Assembly: GCA_963743305.1 (NCBI GenBank)
Contig: CAVUPH010000014.1
Span: forward strand, 192,001 to 256,000
Length of the DNA stretch: 64,000 nucleotides
DNA from: an uncultured delta proteobacterium
GTDB taxonomy: Bacteria > Desulfobacterota > RBG-13-43-22
Direction of reading: 5' to 3'
The notes below the pieces were generated by a model. The model saw nothing but the letters and a program-made list of their open reading frames with translations, did not search any database and was not told the DNA's origin. The position numbers and the translations under genes are program-made. Below are positions 47,253 to 57,205 of this stretch, piece by piece. How positions within the stretch are numbered: position 1 is the first letter of the stretch; each line of letters starts with the position of its first letter.

Positions 47253-47268
47253 TGGCACAGGCATTGCA
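47253..47268 (+). promoter_or_regulatory. sigma54 promoter of the flgF operon
   Basis: TGGCACAGGCATTGCA. Confidence 0.85.
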
Positions 47269-47300
47269 GACATGAATACTAAACGAGGGGAGAGACGATC

Positions 47301-48026
47301 TTGAATCAAAACCTGGCCCCGCTGGGCGCCTTACATCAGGAAAGAAGAATCAGCATCCTGGCCAATAACCTGAGTAATTCCATGACGGTGGGATTCAAAA
47401 AAGATATCCCTGTTTTTAATTCCATTTTTTTTAATGAACAGGAACAACTCAGAAATCAAAAGATGGAGACCACCCAGACCGATTTCAGCCAGGGGGAACT
47501 CCAGCGGACCGGCAACGACCTGGACCTGGCCCTGACGGGGGAAGGATTTTTTAAGATCAGCACTCCGTTGGGAATCCGCTACTCCCGAGCCGGTAATTTC
47601 CGTCTGGATGCCCAGGGACGATTGGTCAACGCCGGCGGCTATCCGGTATTGGGAGAAGGTGGGGAAATCACCCTGGACGGCAAGAAAAAAATCACCGTAG
47701 GTACGGATGGGAGCATCCGGGCCCAAGGGGTGGAAGCCGGCAGCACAGCGGAAACCGTGGGCAAGCCGGTCTTAGTGCGATTTAAGGATTCGAGTCTGCT
47801 CAAGAAAGAGGGACACGCCCTTTTTCGTCTCGATGAGCCCCAGCCGGAACTGGGGGTGGAAGGTTTGGAGGTCCAACAGGGTTACCTGGAAACGGCCAAT
47901 GTGAACGCCGTAGAAGAAATGACCAAAATGATGGAGGCCTTCCGGACCTATGAGAACTGCCTGAAAATTATGCAGGCTAATGATGAAATGACCGGCAAAG
48001 CCGTCAACGAGGTGGGTCGAACGTAA
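47301..48026 (+). CDS. flgF: Basal-body rod protein FlgF
   Basis: ANNLSN..TVGFKKD; TDFSQG.LQRTGNDLDLAL.GEGFF; LETANVNAVEEM. Confidence 0.92.
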   Translation: MNQNLAPLGALHQERRISILANNLSNSMTVGFKKDIPVFNSIFFNEQEQLRNQKMETTQTDFSQGELQRTGNDLDLALTGEGFFKISTPLGIRYSRAGNFRLDAQGRLVNAGGYPVLGEGGEITLDGKKKITVGTDGSIRAQGVEAGSTAETVGKPVLVRFKDSSLLKKEGHALFRLDEPQPELGVEGLEVQQGYLETANVNAVEEMTKMMEAFRTYENCLKIMQANDEMTGKAVNEVGRT

Positions 48027-48084
48027 CCCAATGAATCCTAAATAAAATTAGATCGAAATGAATAAATAAGGAGAAAGACACAAG

Positions 48085-48867
48085 ATGATACGCGGACTCT
48101 GGACGGCTGCCACCGGCATGTCGGCCCAACAATCGAATGTGGCTGTTATCGCCAACAACCTGGCCAATGTTAATACCGCCGGCTTCAAACGCAGCCGGAC
48201 CAACTTCCAGGATTTGATGTACCAAAATATCCGCAACGCCGGTGCTTCGACTTCGGAAGGGAGCCAGTTGCCGGTGGGCATCCAAGTGGGCATGGGCACC
48301 AAGGTCATTTCGGTCAGCAAAAATTTTCAACAGGGGGATTACACCCATACCAACAACCCCCTGGATCTGGCCATTGACGGCCGCGGTTTTTTCAAGCTGA
48401 TCAGTAACGACCGGGAGGTGTACACCCGGGCCGGGTCCTTCAAAACCGACAAGGATGGGTACATCATGGACAGCAATGGGAGCCGGCTCCAGCCTGAATT
48501 TGCCGTGCCTTCCCAAACCACGACCATCACCGTGGGTTCGGGGGGAAAATTGGTCTGCACCGATGCCGCCGGCAAGGAATTGGGGAGCGTCCAGATGCAG
48601 GTCTATGATTTCATCAACCCCGCCGGGCTTCAGGCCATCGGACAGAATTACTTTGTCACTACCGACGGATCCGGGGACCCGGTGGAAGGCAACCCCGGGA
48701 CGGAACAGTTTGGGTCCATCAGCCAAGGGTTCCTGGAAATGTCTAACGTGGATATCGTCGAGGAAATGGTGACCATGATCATCGCCCAGCGGGCCTATGA
48801 AATCAGCGCCAAGGCGATTCAAACCGGAGATGAAATGCTCCAACAGGTGAATAACCTCAAGCGTTAA
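48085..48867 (+). CDS. flgG: Distal rod protein FlgG
   Basis: ANNLANVNTAGFKRSR..FQDLMYQ; 260 aa. Confidence 0.96.
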   Translation: MIRGLWTAATGMSAQQSNVAVIANNLANVNTAGFKRSRTNFQDLMYQNIRNAGASTSEGSQLPVGIQVGMGTKVISVSKNFQQGDYTHTNNPLDLAIDGRGFFKLISNDREVYTRAGSFKTDKDGYIMDSNGSRLQPEFAVPSQTTTITVGSGGKLVCTDAAGKELGSVQMQVYDFINPAGLQAIGQNYFVTTDGSGDPVEGNPGTEQFGSISQGFLEMSNVDIVEEMVTMIIAQRAYEISAKAIQTGDEMLQQVNNLKR

Positions 48868-48876
48868 GGGAGTCTT

Positions 48877-49887
48877 ATGGAACTTATTAGGCAGACCTTG
48901 AAGAATTCAATTCGTATTTTGGGAATCGCCATCGGCTTCGGGCTGCTGAGCCTGAGTTACATCGGCGGCACCTGGGGAGCGGAGTCCGGCCCGCGAATGG
49001 TTTTCAAAAGCCGGGCGACTGTTTCCGGTGAGTGGATCCGGGTCGGCGATGTAGCGGACCTTAAAGGGTTGCGGAGCGCCTTGACGGCGGAGATCAATCA
49101 ATTGCCGATCAAACGGGCACCCGAACCCGGGGAGGCCGCGGTGGTGACCAGCGAGGAGGTCGCCTCGGCCCTGGAAACCGTCCCGGAGTGGATTCGCCGG
49201 CCTTGGGAGCTTGCGCCTCAAAAAATCACCGTTATTCGAGAAGGGCGTGTCCTGGGAGCGGAAGAGATCGGTCGAATCATAGCAGGTCATATCAGCAAAA
49301 ATCTGCCCGGGGGAAATATCCAAGTGGAGGTGCGGGAGGTGCGAGACTTCGAGGATGTCACCCTGCCGGCGGAAGCCCGGTCCTGTAAGGTTTGGATTTC
49401 GGAACCCCTGCGTAAAGGCGGATGGGTTCGAGCCAACCTGGTATTCTACGGGAAGGGAAAAGAATTAGAACGAATGACCGTGAGCGCCCAGGTGGACCTT
49501 TATCAAAAAGTGGTGGTGGCCGACCGCTACCTGAAGCGGCATCAGGAAATTCAGGCCGAAGACGTCCGGGTCATGCCCGTTAATCTTCAGCAACTGCCCC
49601 CGGATGCGGTCACCGACCCGCAGGAGGTCCTGGGGAAACGAATGATCGTCAACCTCAACGGACGGGAACCCATCCGGGCCTCCCTGCTCGAGGTCCCGCC
49701 TCTGGTTAAAAAGGGGGATGTGGTCAATGTCATCCTGGAAAGAAACAGCCTACGGATTTCCTGCCTCGGCGAGATTAAGGAGACCGGGCGAAAAGGCGAC
49801 CGGGTGAAACTGGTCAATCTCGGAAGCAAGAAAGAATTGTTCGCCCGGGTAGTGGACGCCGGCACTGTCCAACTGGATGTCAATTAA
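48877..49887 (+). CDS. flgA: P-ring assembly chaperone FlgA
   Basis: VVVADRYL (SAF domain), LVKKGDVV, GRKGDRVKLVN. Confidence 0.9.
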   Translation: MELIRQTLKNSIRILGIAIGFGLLSLSYIGGTWGAESGPRMVFKSRATVSGEWIRVGDVADLKGLRSALTAEINQLPIKRAPEPGEAAVVTSEEVASALETVPEWIRRPWELAPQKITVIREGRVLGAEEIGRIIAGHISKNLPGGNIQVEVREVRDFEDVTLPAEARSCKVWISEPLRKGGWVRANLVFYGKGKELERMTVSAQVDLYQKVVVADRYLKRHQEIQAEDVRVMPVNLQQLPPDAVTDPQEVLGKRMIVNLNGREPIRASLLEVPPLVKKGDVVNVILERNSLRISCLGEIKETGRKGDRVKLVNLGSKKELFARVVDAGTVQLDVN

Positions 49888-49899
49888 GGGAACTGAACT

Positions 49900-50589
49900 A
49901 TGACCCAATCCAAGAAAATAATCTGGGGAATCTTCATCCTGCTATCGATGGCTACCGGGGCCTGCATGCCCTTAACCTCCCACCGCTTGAATGCCTCCCC
50001 GGTTGATCCGGCCCCGGCGGAGATCGCCGCCGTCTCGGAGGAGGGCTCCCTCTGGTCGGCCTCGACGGCCGCCAACCTCTTTACGGATTTAAAGGCCTCC
50101 CACGTCAATGATATCCTCACCATCAGCATCGTGGAAACGGCTTCCGCCTCGAATAACGCCTCGACCAGCCTCGACCGGCAATCCGGATTGAAGGCCGGTT
50201 GGAGCGGGATATTGGAGGCTTTCCAGCAATTAGGCATGATCAAGGAATTGGGGAATTCTCATTCAGTCGATTTCGGAAACAAATTCGACGGCCAGGGAAC
50301 CACCACCAACTCTTCTAAACTGACGGCTTTCATTACCGCCCGAGTGATCAAGGTCCGGCCCAACGGCAATTTGGTCATCCGGGGAGCCAGGGACGTGCGG
50401 GTCAATAACGAGAACCAGTATATCTATCTTCAGGGTGAGGTCCGCCCGGTGGATATCTCCTCCAGCAATGTCGTCCTGTCCACCTACATCGCCGACGCGG
50501 TCATCGAGCTGAGCGGCTACGGGGTAATCAGCGACAAGCAGCATCCGGGTTTAGTGGCCCGACTCCTGGATTGGATCTGGCCGTTTTAG
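49900..50589 (+). CDS. flgH: L-ring lipoprotein FlgH
   Basis: Lipobox-like TGAC; GSLW...LFTDLKA..VNDILTI; PNGNL.IRG; VRPVDI. Confidence 0.94.
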   Translation: MTQSKKIIWGIFILLSMATGACMPLTSHRLNASPVDPAPAEIAAVSEEGSLWSASTAANLFTDLKASHVNDILTISIVETASASNNASTSLDRQSGLKAGWSGILEAFQQLGMIKELGNSHSVDFGNKFDGQGTTTNSSKLTAFITARVIKVRPNGNLVIRGARDVRVNNENQYIYLQGEVRPVDISSSNVVLSTYIADAVIELSGYGVISDKQHPGLVARLLDWIWPF

Positions 50590-50667
50590 TACGAAAATTG
50601 ATTCTGGATAAAGATCAACAGCGATACTGGATAATAAACAATATTTCTGGAATGAAAGAAACGCTAA

Positions 50668-51909
50668 ATGGAAAACCATGTGAATAGGCCGCAGCCCGTC
50701 AACCGAACCCCGATTATTCGATCAGGCTTCACCCTGCTCCTGGTCCTGGCCCTGGCCGCCCCGGGCTGGTCGGCCCGCCTGAAAGATATCGCCTCTATCA
50801 AGGGGATCCGCAGTAACCAATTAGTTGGTTACGGTCTGGTGGTGGGGCTGAATGGGACCGGGGACAGTTCGAACAACGTCGACTTCGCCATACGCTCCAC
50901 TTTGAACATGCTGGAGCGTATGGGCGTTCATGTGGAACGGGAGCGTTTCTCCAACATCAAGCTTAAGAACGTAGCCGCGGTCATGGTCACGGCCAATCTC
51001 CCGCCCTTTGCCCGTCTGGGAAGTAAGATCGATGTGGTCATCTCTTCCATTGGAGACGCTAAAAGCCTCCAAGGGGGGACCTTGCTCTTGACCCCCTTGA
51101 AAGGGGTGGACCATCAGGTCTACGCCCTGACCCAGGGTCCGATTGCGGTGGGCGGGTATGTGGTTTCGGGGGCGGCCGGCGGAGGGGTGACTAAAAACCA
51201 TCCCACGGTGGCGACCATTTCCAAGGGTGCCATTATTGAGCGGGAGGTGCCGGTGCGTCTGGCGGACAAGAAGGAGTTGTTCCTGGCCCTCTATACCTCC
51301 GATTTCACCACCGCTGAAAAAGTCAAGGAGATCATCAACCGGTTTGCCGGTGCCGATATGGCCCGATCGCTCGATTCCGGGACCATCCGGATCTCCATTC
51401 CGGAGGGCCACCAATCCAACCCGGCAGATTGGATTGCGGCTATCGAAAGGTTGGAGGTGACCCCCGATGCCCCGGCCAAAGTTGTCGTCAATGAGCGGAC
51501 CGGCACGATCGTCATGGGCGAAAATGTCCGAATTTCCACGGTGGCCGTGGCCCACGGCAATCTGAGCATCCAGATCAAAGAAAATCTTAATGTTTCCCAG
51601 CCCCTGCCCTTCGCGCCGGGTGCCCAGCCGGGAGCGTCCGGCCGGGGGGTGACGCCCAGCGGCGCCCCACCTTCCGGTGGGGCCCCAGGACCGATTGTCG
51701 CCCCCGGGGGAGCCACGGTGGTCACCCCCGACTCGGATGTCTCGGTCAAAGAGGAAGGGAAAAAGTTGATGGTCGTTCCCCAGGGGGCTAATTTGGGCGA
51801 ACTGGTCCAGTCGTTGAATGCCATCGGGGTGACACCCCGGGACCTGATCTCCATCCTGCAGACGATCAAGTCGGCCGGCGCCTTACAGGCGGACCTGGAA
51901 ATAATCTAA
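50668..51909 (+). CDS. flgI: P-ring protein FlgI
   Basis: RLKDI..IKGIR.NQLVGYGLVVGLNGTGD; NERTGTIV; AGALQADL. Confidence 0.96.
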   Translation: MENHVNRPQPVNRTPIIRSGFTLLLVLALAAPGWSARLKDIASIKGIRSNQLVGYGLVVGLNGTGDSSNNVDFAIRSTLNMLERMGVHVERERFSNIKLKNVAAVMVTANLPPFARLGSKIDVVISSIGDAKSLQGGTLLLTPLKGVDHQVYALTQGPIAVGGYVVSGAAGGGVTKNHPTVATISKGAIIEREVPVRLADKKELFLALYTSDFTTAEKVKEIINRFAGADMARSLDSGTIRISIPEGHQSNPADWIAAIERLEVTPDAPAKVVVNERTGTIVMGENVRISTVAVAHGNLSIQIKENLNVSQPLPFAPGAQPGASGRGVTPSGAPPSGGAPGPIVAPGGATVVTPDSDVSVKEEGKKLMVVPQGANLGELVQSLNAIGVTPRDLISILQTIKSAGALQADLEII

Positions 51910-51931
51910 TTTTTTAAGAAAAAGGGAAATA

Positions 51932-52309
51932 ATGCCGATTAACACCTTAGCCGTGAATCCGCCGCCCCTCCCGCTCCCGACGAAACCGGGTGGGAAAAAG
52001 ATCGATGAAAAGAAGCTAAAGAAGGCCTCCGAAGATTTTGAGGCCCTGTTTATCAATCAGCTCCTGCAATCCATGCGTCGGACGGTCCTGAAATCCAAAT
52101 TACTGGAAGACGCCCCCGGCAAGGAGGTTTATCAATCCCTGTTTGACCGGGAGATCAGCAAGAAAATGGCTCAAAAAGGGGCATTGGGCGTGGGTAAGCT
52201 CATCTACCGGAACGTTTTGGAACACGAAAAGGCTCGGATGGCCCGTCCGGCGAACGGTTTGCAAATGCCTGAAAGCGGAACCTTAACTGGATCGGGAGGA
52301 ACGCCATGA
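51932..52309 (+). CDS. flgJ: FlgJ, rod-binding domain only (no muramidase)
   Basis: KLKKASEDFEALFINQLLQSMRRT...YQSLFD; 125 aa. Confidence 0.88.
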   Translation: MPINTLAVNPPPLPLPTKPGGKKIDEKKLKKASEDFEALFINQLLQSMRRTVLKSKLLEDAPGKEVYQSLFDREISKKMAQKGALGVGKLIYRNVLEHEKARMARPANGLQMPESGTLTGSGGTP

Positions 52310-52821
52310 GTCGGGAAACCTTAAGGGGCCAACAAGTACTGGATTGGCTGAAGACCGAAAAACAGGGGTATGAAGCTCTGTTGGCTCTTCTGGACCAGGA
52401 GTGGGAGTGTCTTAAAAAGCGGGATATCACCAGGCTCATTCCTCTGACCCGGGCTAAAGAGAGCCGGATCCTGGAGCTTCACGATCTGGCTCAAAAAATC
52501 GGGCCTTATCTGCCGTTGGAAAAAGCGGCTGGCAAAAATACGGAAATCGGGGGGCCAGGCGGCGGGTCACAGGCTCAAACCTCAGACCCCCGGGAAGCCG
52601 CTCTGGCTAAGGTTCAAAAATCCATCCGGAAAATAAAAATGGATATCCAGTCCCGGAATGAAAGAAACCGGCGCTATATCGAGGAGAGCTTGAGGGTCAT
52701 CGAAGAGTTTTTTTTCCTCCTGGCCCCACCGCCGGATAAACCACCCGCCTATGGCCCCTTTGAAAAGCGGCGGGCCATGAACTCCGGGGGCTCTTCCTCT
52801 TTTATCAGTCGGAGTTTATAG
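52306..52821 (+). CDS. flgN: Export chaperone FlgN
   Basis: Helical sequence, L.QE..L..RD, NERNRRYIEESL; between flgJ and flgK. Confidence 0.8.
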   Translation: MSRETLRGQQVLDWLKTEKQGYEALLALLDQEWECLKKRDITRLIPLTRAKESRILELHDLAQKIGPYLPLEKAAGKNTEIGGPGGGSQAQTSDPREAALAKVQKSIRKIKMDIQSRNERNRRYIEESLRVIEEFFFLLAPPPDKPPAYGPFEKRRAMNSGGSSSFISRSL

Positions 52822-52829
52822 GAGTCGTT

Positions 52830-54315
52830 ATGTCGGGTATCTCCTTTGTGCTCAACCTGGCCCGGGGCGCCCTGTCCGCGCAGCAGCAGGGAATCGCCGT
52901 GACCGGCCATAACATCGCCAATGTCAATACTCCCGGGTACAGCCGCCAAGTGGCTAATTTTGAAAATCTGGCCTCGGATACCACTTCTCCGATCAAGTTG
53001 GGCTACGGGGTGGTGGTGGATTCGGTCTCCCAATACTATGATCGGTTCATTACCCAAAGCCTGCAACAGCAGGAGAGCATCTTACAGGAAACCGCTACCA
53101 AGCAATCCACCCTTTCTTACGTCCAGAGTCTGTTCAACGACCAGGCCGGGAATGGCCTCAGCCAGGCGCTGAACGAATTCTGGAACGGCTGGCAAGATCT
53201 GGCCAATAACCCGAGCGGTATTCCCGAGCGCACGGCCCTGCTCCAGAAGGCGGAAGCCCTGACCGAACGGTTTCACACCATCGGCAGTGATCTCACCCGC
53301 GTCCAAAGCGAAGTCGGCAACAGCCTCAAGGCTTCTATCAACGACTTGAATAGTTTAACGGGCCAGATGGCCGATTTAAACCAGAGGATTGTTTCCAGTG
53401 AATCCAATGGGACGACGGCCAACGATTTGCGGGATCAGCGAAATGTGCTGCTGGAAAAAATATCCGGCCTGATCGAGGGCCGGACTTTTGAAAATAAAGA
53501 CGGTTCCGTGACTTTCGTGACTACCAACGGCCAGCTCCTGGTCGACCACGCCCAATCCTGGAAATTGTCTCAAAACGGTTCGTCCATTTATTGGAACGGC
53601 GTCCCCACGGACATTAGTGGCAGCCTACAAGGAGGCAAGATCGGAGGACTTTTGGACCTCCGCGATGAGACGCTTCCCCAATACCTGGCCAACTTGGATG
53701 AACTGGCTGGGACCCTGATCAAAAATGTTAACGATATCCATGCAGCCGGTTTTAATCTACAAGGGGTCGGCGGGATCAACTTTTTCAATGATTTCCAGAC
53801 TCCTCCGAACGTTCCCAACACCGGGAACTACAACGGCGCCGCGGCTTTCATCGACTTGAGCACCGGCGCCAATGGCGTGAAAGACAACCCTGAAAACATC
53901 GCCGCGGCCGAAGCCAATTCGCCCGGCCCTCCTGCGGGTCCTCTTCCGGGGGACAACCGCAACGCCCTGAAAATCCTCTCCATCCAAACCGATACCACCT
54001 TGAGTCTCAAGAAGTGGACCTACACGGACCGGGGAGCGACGACTACCTCGGTGACCACGACCTCCTCCCTGGATGATTATTATCGCACCCTGGTGGGGGA
54101 CATCGGGGTCCTGACCGCAGGGTGCCACGCAGCAATATGACTTTACTAAGACCATGGTCGACAGCCTGAATGATGTCCGGGCCTCCGTCTCCGGGGTCAA
54201 TCTGGATGAAGAGATGACCAAGTTGATGGAGATGCAGAGCGCTTACAAAGCCGCCGCCAAATTGGTGACGGTTGCCGACGAACTTTTTACTACGATACTA
54301 CAAATGAAACAATAA
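52830..54315 (+). CDS. flgK: Hook-associated protein FlgK, interrupted by a +1 frameshift at about 54120-54122
   Basis: GHNIANVNTPGYSRQ; NDLRDQRN. Removing one G restores ...TAGATQQYDF...SVSGVNLDEEM...AYKAAAK...QMKQ* (TAA 54313-15). Confidence 0.92.
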
Positions 54316-54327
54316 AGGATACCGGCC

Positions 54328-55218
54328 ATGCGTATAGCCACTTCGACCCTTTACGATAGCCTGGAACGGCGGATTCAGCAATTGACCGAAGGCCTGAATA
54401 CAGTCAATGAAAAATTGTCTTCCCAAAAGAAGATCAACCGTCCCTCCGATGACCCCTTGGGCGCGGCCTCGGCCATCGGGTACCGGAACCTGTTGTCCCA
54501 GGTGGATCAGTACGGGCGAAATCTAAATACCGGGAAATCCTGGATGGACTCCAGCGAATCCGCCCTGAGCCAATCGCAGGATGTAGTGACCCGGGCCAAA
54601 GAGATTGCGGTCCAGATGGCCAATGGCGCTCAATCAGCGGCGACCCGCAGCAATATGGCCATAGAGGTGAGTCACCTATTGGACCAGGCCATCTCCCTGG
54701 GGAACACCCAGGTCGGCGGAAAGTATATCTTCGCCGGCTACCAAACGGGAACGGCGCCTTTCACCAAAATGAATAATGGGACTATCGATACGGCTCAATA
54801 CAACGGAGAAGGGAATGACTTTCAGGTAGCCATCGGACAAGGCGAGACCTTGGCCATCGGACGAAACGGCCAGACGGTATTTATGAATTCCACCCTTTTT
54901 GACACGTTGGGCGGTCTGAAGCAGGCCCTGGAGGACAATAATGTTACCGGGATCCAGCAGGCCATGACGGGGTTGGATTCCGCCCTGGATCATTTCAACA
55001 ATCAACTGGCCGACGTGGGGGCCCGGGCCAATCGCCTGGAGACCCGGCAGGGCATTTTGCAGAACATGACTTTGAATTTTACGGAACAGCTTTCCCAAGT
55101 CGAGGATGCGGATATAGCCAAGATGTCCATTGATTTGTCACAGGTGCAGATGGCCTACCAGGCGACTCTGATGACCACCGCCCAGGTAGGGAAGCTGAGC
55201 CTGATTAATTATATGTAA
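54328..55218 (+). CDS. flgL: Hook-associated protein FlgL
   Basis: KKINRPSDDP; GKYIFAG; VGARANRLE; EDAD..; LSLINYM. Confidence 0.94.
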   Translation: MRIATSTLYDSLERRIQQLTEGLNTVNEKLSSQKKINRPSDDPLGAASAIGYRNLLSQVDQYGRNLNTGKSWMDSSESALSQSQDVVTRAKEIAVQMANGAQSAATRSNMAIEVSHLLDQAISLGNTQVGGKYIFAGYQTGTAPFTKMNNGTIDTAQYNGEGNDFQVAIGQGETLAIGRNGQTVFMNSTLFDTLGGLKQALEDNNVTGIQQAMTGLDSALDHFNNQLADVGARANRLETRQGILQNMTLNFTEQLSQVEDADIAKMSIDLSQVQMAYQATLMTTAQVGKLSLINYM

Positions 55219-55282
55219 CCCAACATCCGGCGCTCAGCGCCCAGCGTATTTCATTTAATCGTTTTCGCCAGGGAGGGTGAAA

Positions 55283-55507
55283 ATGCTTATTTTAACGAGA
55301 AAAATAGGGGAAACCATCACCATCGGGGATCGGATCAAAATCGTGGTGGTCGATATTAAGGGCAAACAGGTCCGGTTAGGGGTTGAGGCCCCACAGGAGA
55401 CCACGATTTTTCGGGAAGAAATTTATCAAAAGATCCAGGCGGAGAACCGACTGGCGGCCCAATGGGATTTTTCCCAGTTGGATCAACTGACCGATCAATT
55501 AAAATAA
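55283..55507 (+). CDS. csrA: Translational regulator CsrA
   Basis: [17 protein letters not shown]...QVRLGVEAP...FREEIY. Confidence 0.95.
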   Translation: MLILTRKIGETITIGDRIKIVVVDIKGKQVRLGVEAPQETTIFREEIYQKIQAENRLAAQWDFSQLDQLTDQLK

Positions 55508-55530
55508 CCTTGTAGACAGGACATAGTTCA

Positions 55531-55965
55531 TTGCAGATTGAAACCAGCCGTTTTGGTACGATAGTTGTCAAAGAGGAGCAGATCTTCCACCTTCCGGAAG
55601 GGATCATCGGTTTTCCGGAGTGGACCCGTTATATCCTGATCAACCATAGAGAAGGGTCTCCCTTCCAGTGGTTTCAGTCCATAGAAAACCAGGACTTGGC
55701 CTTCGTTTTGATGGACCCCCTGGACCTGGTTGCGGACTACGATATCGACCTGTCTCCCGAAGATTCTCTCCTGCTGCAAATCGATCAACCGGTCGCGGAG
55801 ATCACGGCCCTGGTGGTAGTGAATATCTCTAGACAACCGCCATCGGAAATCACGGCCAACCTCCTGGCCCCGGTGGTGATCAATTCCGGAAAAAAAATCG
55901 CCAAACAGGTCGTCCTCTATCAGAGCGACTATTCCGTCCGCCACCCGGTCCCCACAAGAAACTAA
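55531..55965 (+). CDS. fliW: Flagellar assembly factor FliW
   Basis: TSRFG; GIIGF; WFQS; TANLLAPVVIN. Confidence 0.93.
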   Translation: MQIETSRFGTIVVKEEQIFHLPEGIIGFPEWTRYILINHREGSPFQWFQSIENQDLAFVLMDPLDLVADYDIDLSPEDSLLLQIDQPVAEITALVVVNISRQPPSEITANLLAPVVINSGKKIAKQVVLYQSDYSVRHPVPTRN

Positions 55966-55990
55966 CCAAGATCGGTTGCCTCTCAAAAGA

Positions 55991-56015
55991 AAAAGCCGGC
56001 CAAAGCCGACTTTTT
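55991..56015. terminator. Bidirectional intrinsic terminator between fliW and flgM
   Basis: AAAAGCCGGC-caaa-GCCGACTTTTT, flanked by A and T runs, between convergent genes. Confidence 0.7.
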
Positions 56016-56040
56016 GGGGGAAGGGAAGGAAAAGCAGGTG

Positions 56041-56355
56041 CTAGCTGTTCAGTTCAACAAGAGACGCCTTCAGCATTTTCCCGGCGAGTTCTTCACTGTT
56101 CACCTGGTAGGTCCCGGATTCCACTTTTTTCTTAAGGTCCGCCACTCTATCGGCTCGGGTATCCGGGGCCGAGAGAGCGAGCGCTTCGATCTTCTTAATC
56201 ATCCTGAAGGAGGGAGATAAATCCACCCGGTCCCCAATTTGGCTTTGTACCCTATTTTCCGGATTGATCGTGCTCTGATCATTGGTGTTTACCTTGTTCT
56301 GCTGATTGACATACTGGAGGATCTGAGCCTTTTGGCCGATATCTTGAATTTTCAT
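56041..56355 (-). CDS. flgM: Anti-sigma28 factor FlgM
   Basis: DRVDLS; RADRVADLKKKVESGTYQVNSEELAGKM. Confidence 0.92.
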   Translation of the reverse strand: MKIQDIGQKAQILQYVNQQNKVNTNDQSTINPENRVQSQIGDRVDLSPSFRMIKKIEALALSAPDTRADRVADLKKKVESGTYQVNSEELAGKMLKASLVELNS

Positions 56356-56368
56356 GAACCCTGCTCCT

Positions 56369-56788
56369 TTATAACAGATTATTGCTGACTATAGTCTTGG
56401 TAATGTCTATTAAACGGTTTTTCAGTTGCTCGCTGTCCATCGGGGACAGGGTATCGACGACCTCTTTACCCGCATGGTCCATCACCTTAAATACCAGGTT
56501 TTCGTTTTCTTTTCGGTCGACCTCTAAAGGTTTCCCATATTCCTGACTCAGCCGGTTTAGGATCTCCTGCGCTGTGCCGTTCCGTTCGGAGGTCTGGGTC
56601 AGATGATTGAGCATTTCCTGGCTGATCGTATCCACCATGTGTCGTTTACGGGCTTCACCGGAGATTTTCACAAAATCATTCTGCTCCCCCTTGTCTGACT
56701 TCCGGCTTCTCGCCAGCCGACTGCCTTCCGATATTTGCTGGCTATAGGTTCGCAGAACGTTTTGTATGTGATAGCTGGTGATGACCAT
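56369..56788 (-). CDS. FlgM-associated protein (DVU0524-like family)
   Basis: ITSYHIQNVLRTYSQQ, VKISGEARKR...SQE; directly upstream of flgM. Confidence 0.75.
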   Translation of the reverse strand: MVITSYHIQNVLRTYSQQISEGSRLARSRKSDKGEQNDFVKISGEARKRHMVDTISQEMLNHLTQTSERNGTAQEILNRLSQEYGKPLEVDRKENENLVFKVMDHAGKEVVDTLSPMDSEQLKNRLIDITKTIVSNNLL

Positions 56789-56809
56789 GATACTTGCCTT
56801 TCACCGTCT

Positions 56810-56837
56810 ATATCGTCCAGGAAGGGAAAAAACTTTA
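56810..56837 (-). promoter_or_regulatory. sigma28 promoter
   Basis: TAAAGTTT...GACGATAT with TAAA-N16 spacing (consensus TAAA-N15/16-GCCGATAW). Confidence 0.75.
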
Positions 56838-56845
56838 ATCTTATT

Positions 56846-57205
56846 TTAAGCGGTCAGATTCACCCAGGCGCCTTTGGGAGGCAGATCCAAGCGGGGATCG
56901 GCTTGGCGGCGATAGGCTTCAATAAAGGTCTGCCTCAAAAAAGGGGGGATCTGAAGGGGTACCTCAGGGGAAGGGCCCGGATAAGCGGTGTTGATCCGCT
57001 GGAAGGGCTTAGATGCTTCATAAGAAAGTCCGTCGTGCGAATTAGTTTCTAATATAACCGCATCGGCTTCCAGGACGATCGGGTTTTTGACCTTGGGGAT
57101 CGGCGGGTTCGCCCGAAGCTTTCCGGGCAGAAAGTTATAATTGTATTCCTTCCGATGGGTGGCTATCGGATAAAAAGCGACGGGAAGTGTTTTATTGACG
57201 GCCAT
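56846..57205 (-). CDS. Hypothetical protein, probably flagellar regulon
   Basis: Co-oriented with flgM; ends KGAWVNLTA; weak sigma54-like TGGGAAGATTTTTGCT at 57221-57236. Confidence 0.5.
   Translation of the reverse strand: MAVNKTLPVAFYPIATHRKEYNYNFLPGKLRANPPIPKVKNPIVLEADAVILETNSHDGLSYEASKPFQRINTAYPGPSPEVPLQIPPFLRQTFIEAYRRQADPRLDLPPKGAWVNLTA

Noticed and set aside
51610-51715. Gly/Pro/Ala-rich insertion in FlgI as a mobile insertion or intein
   Set aside because: It is a short in-frame low-complexity loop with no intein or transposon hallmarks.
54120-54122. Programmed frameshifting or phase variation in flgK
   Set aside because: A 3-nt run is too short for slipped-strand switching and there is no slippery heptamer.
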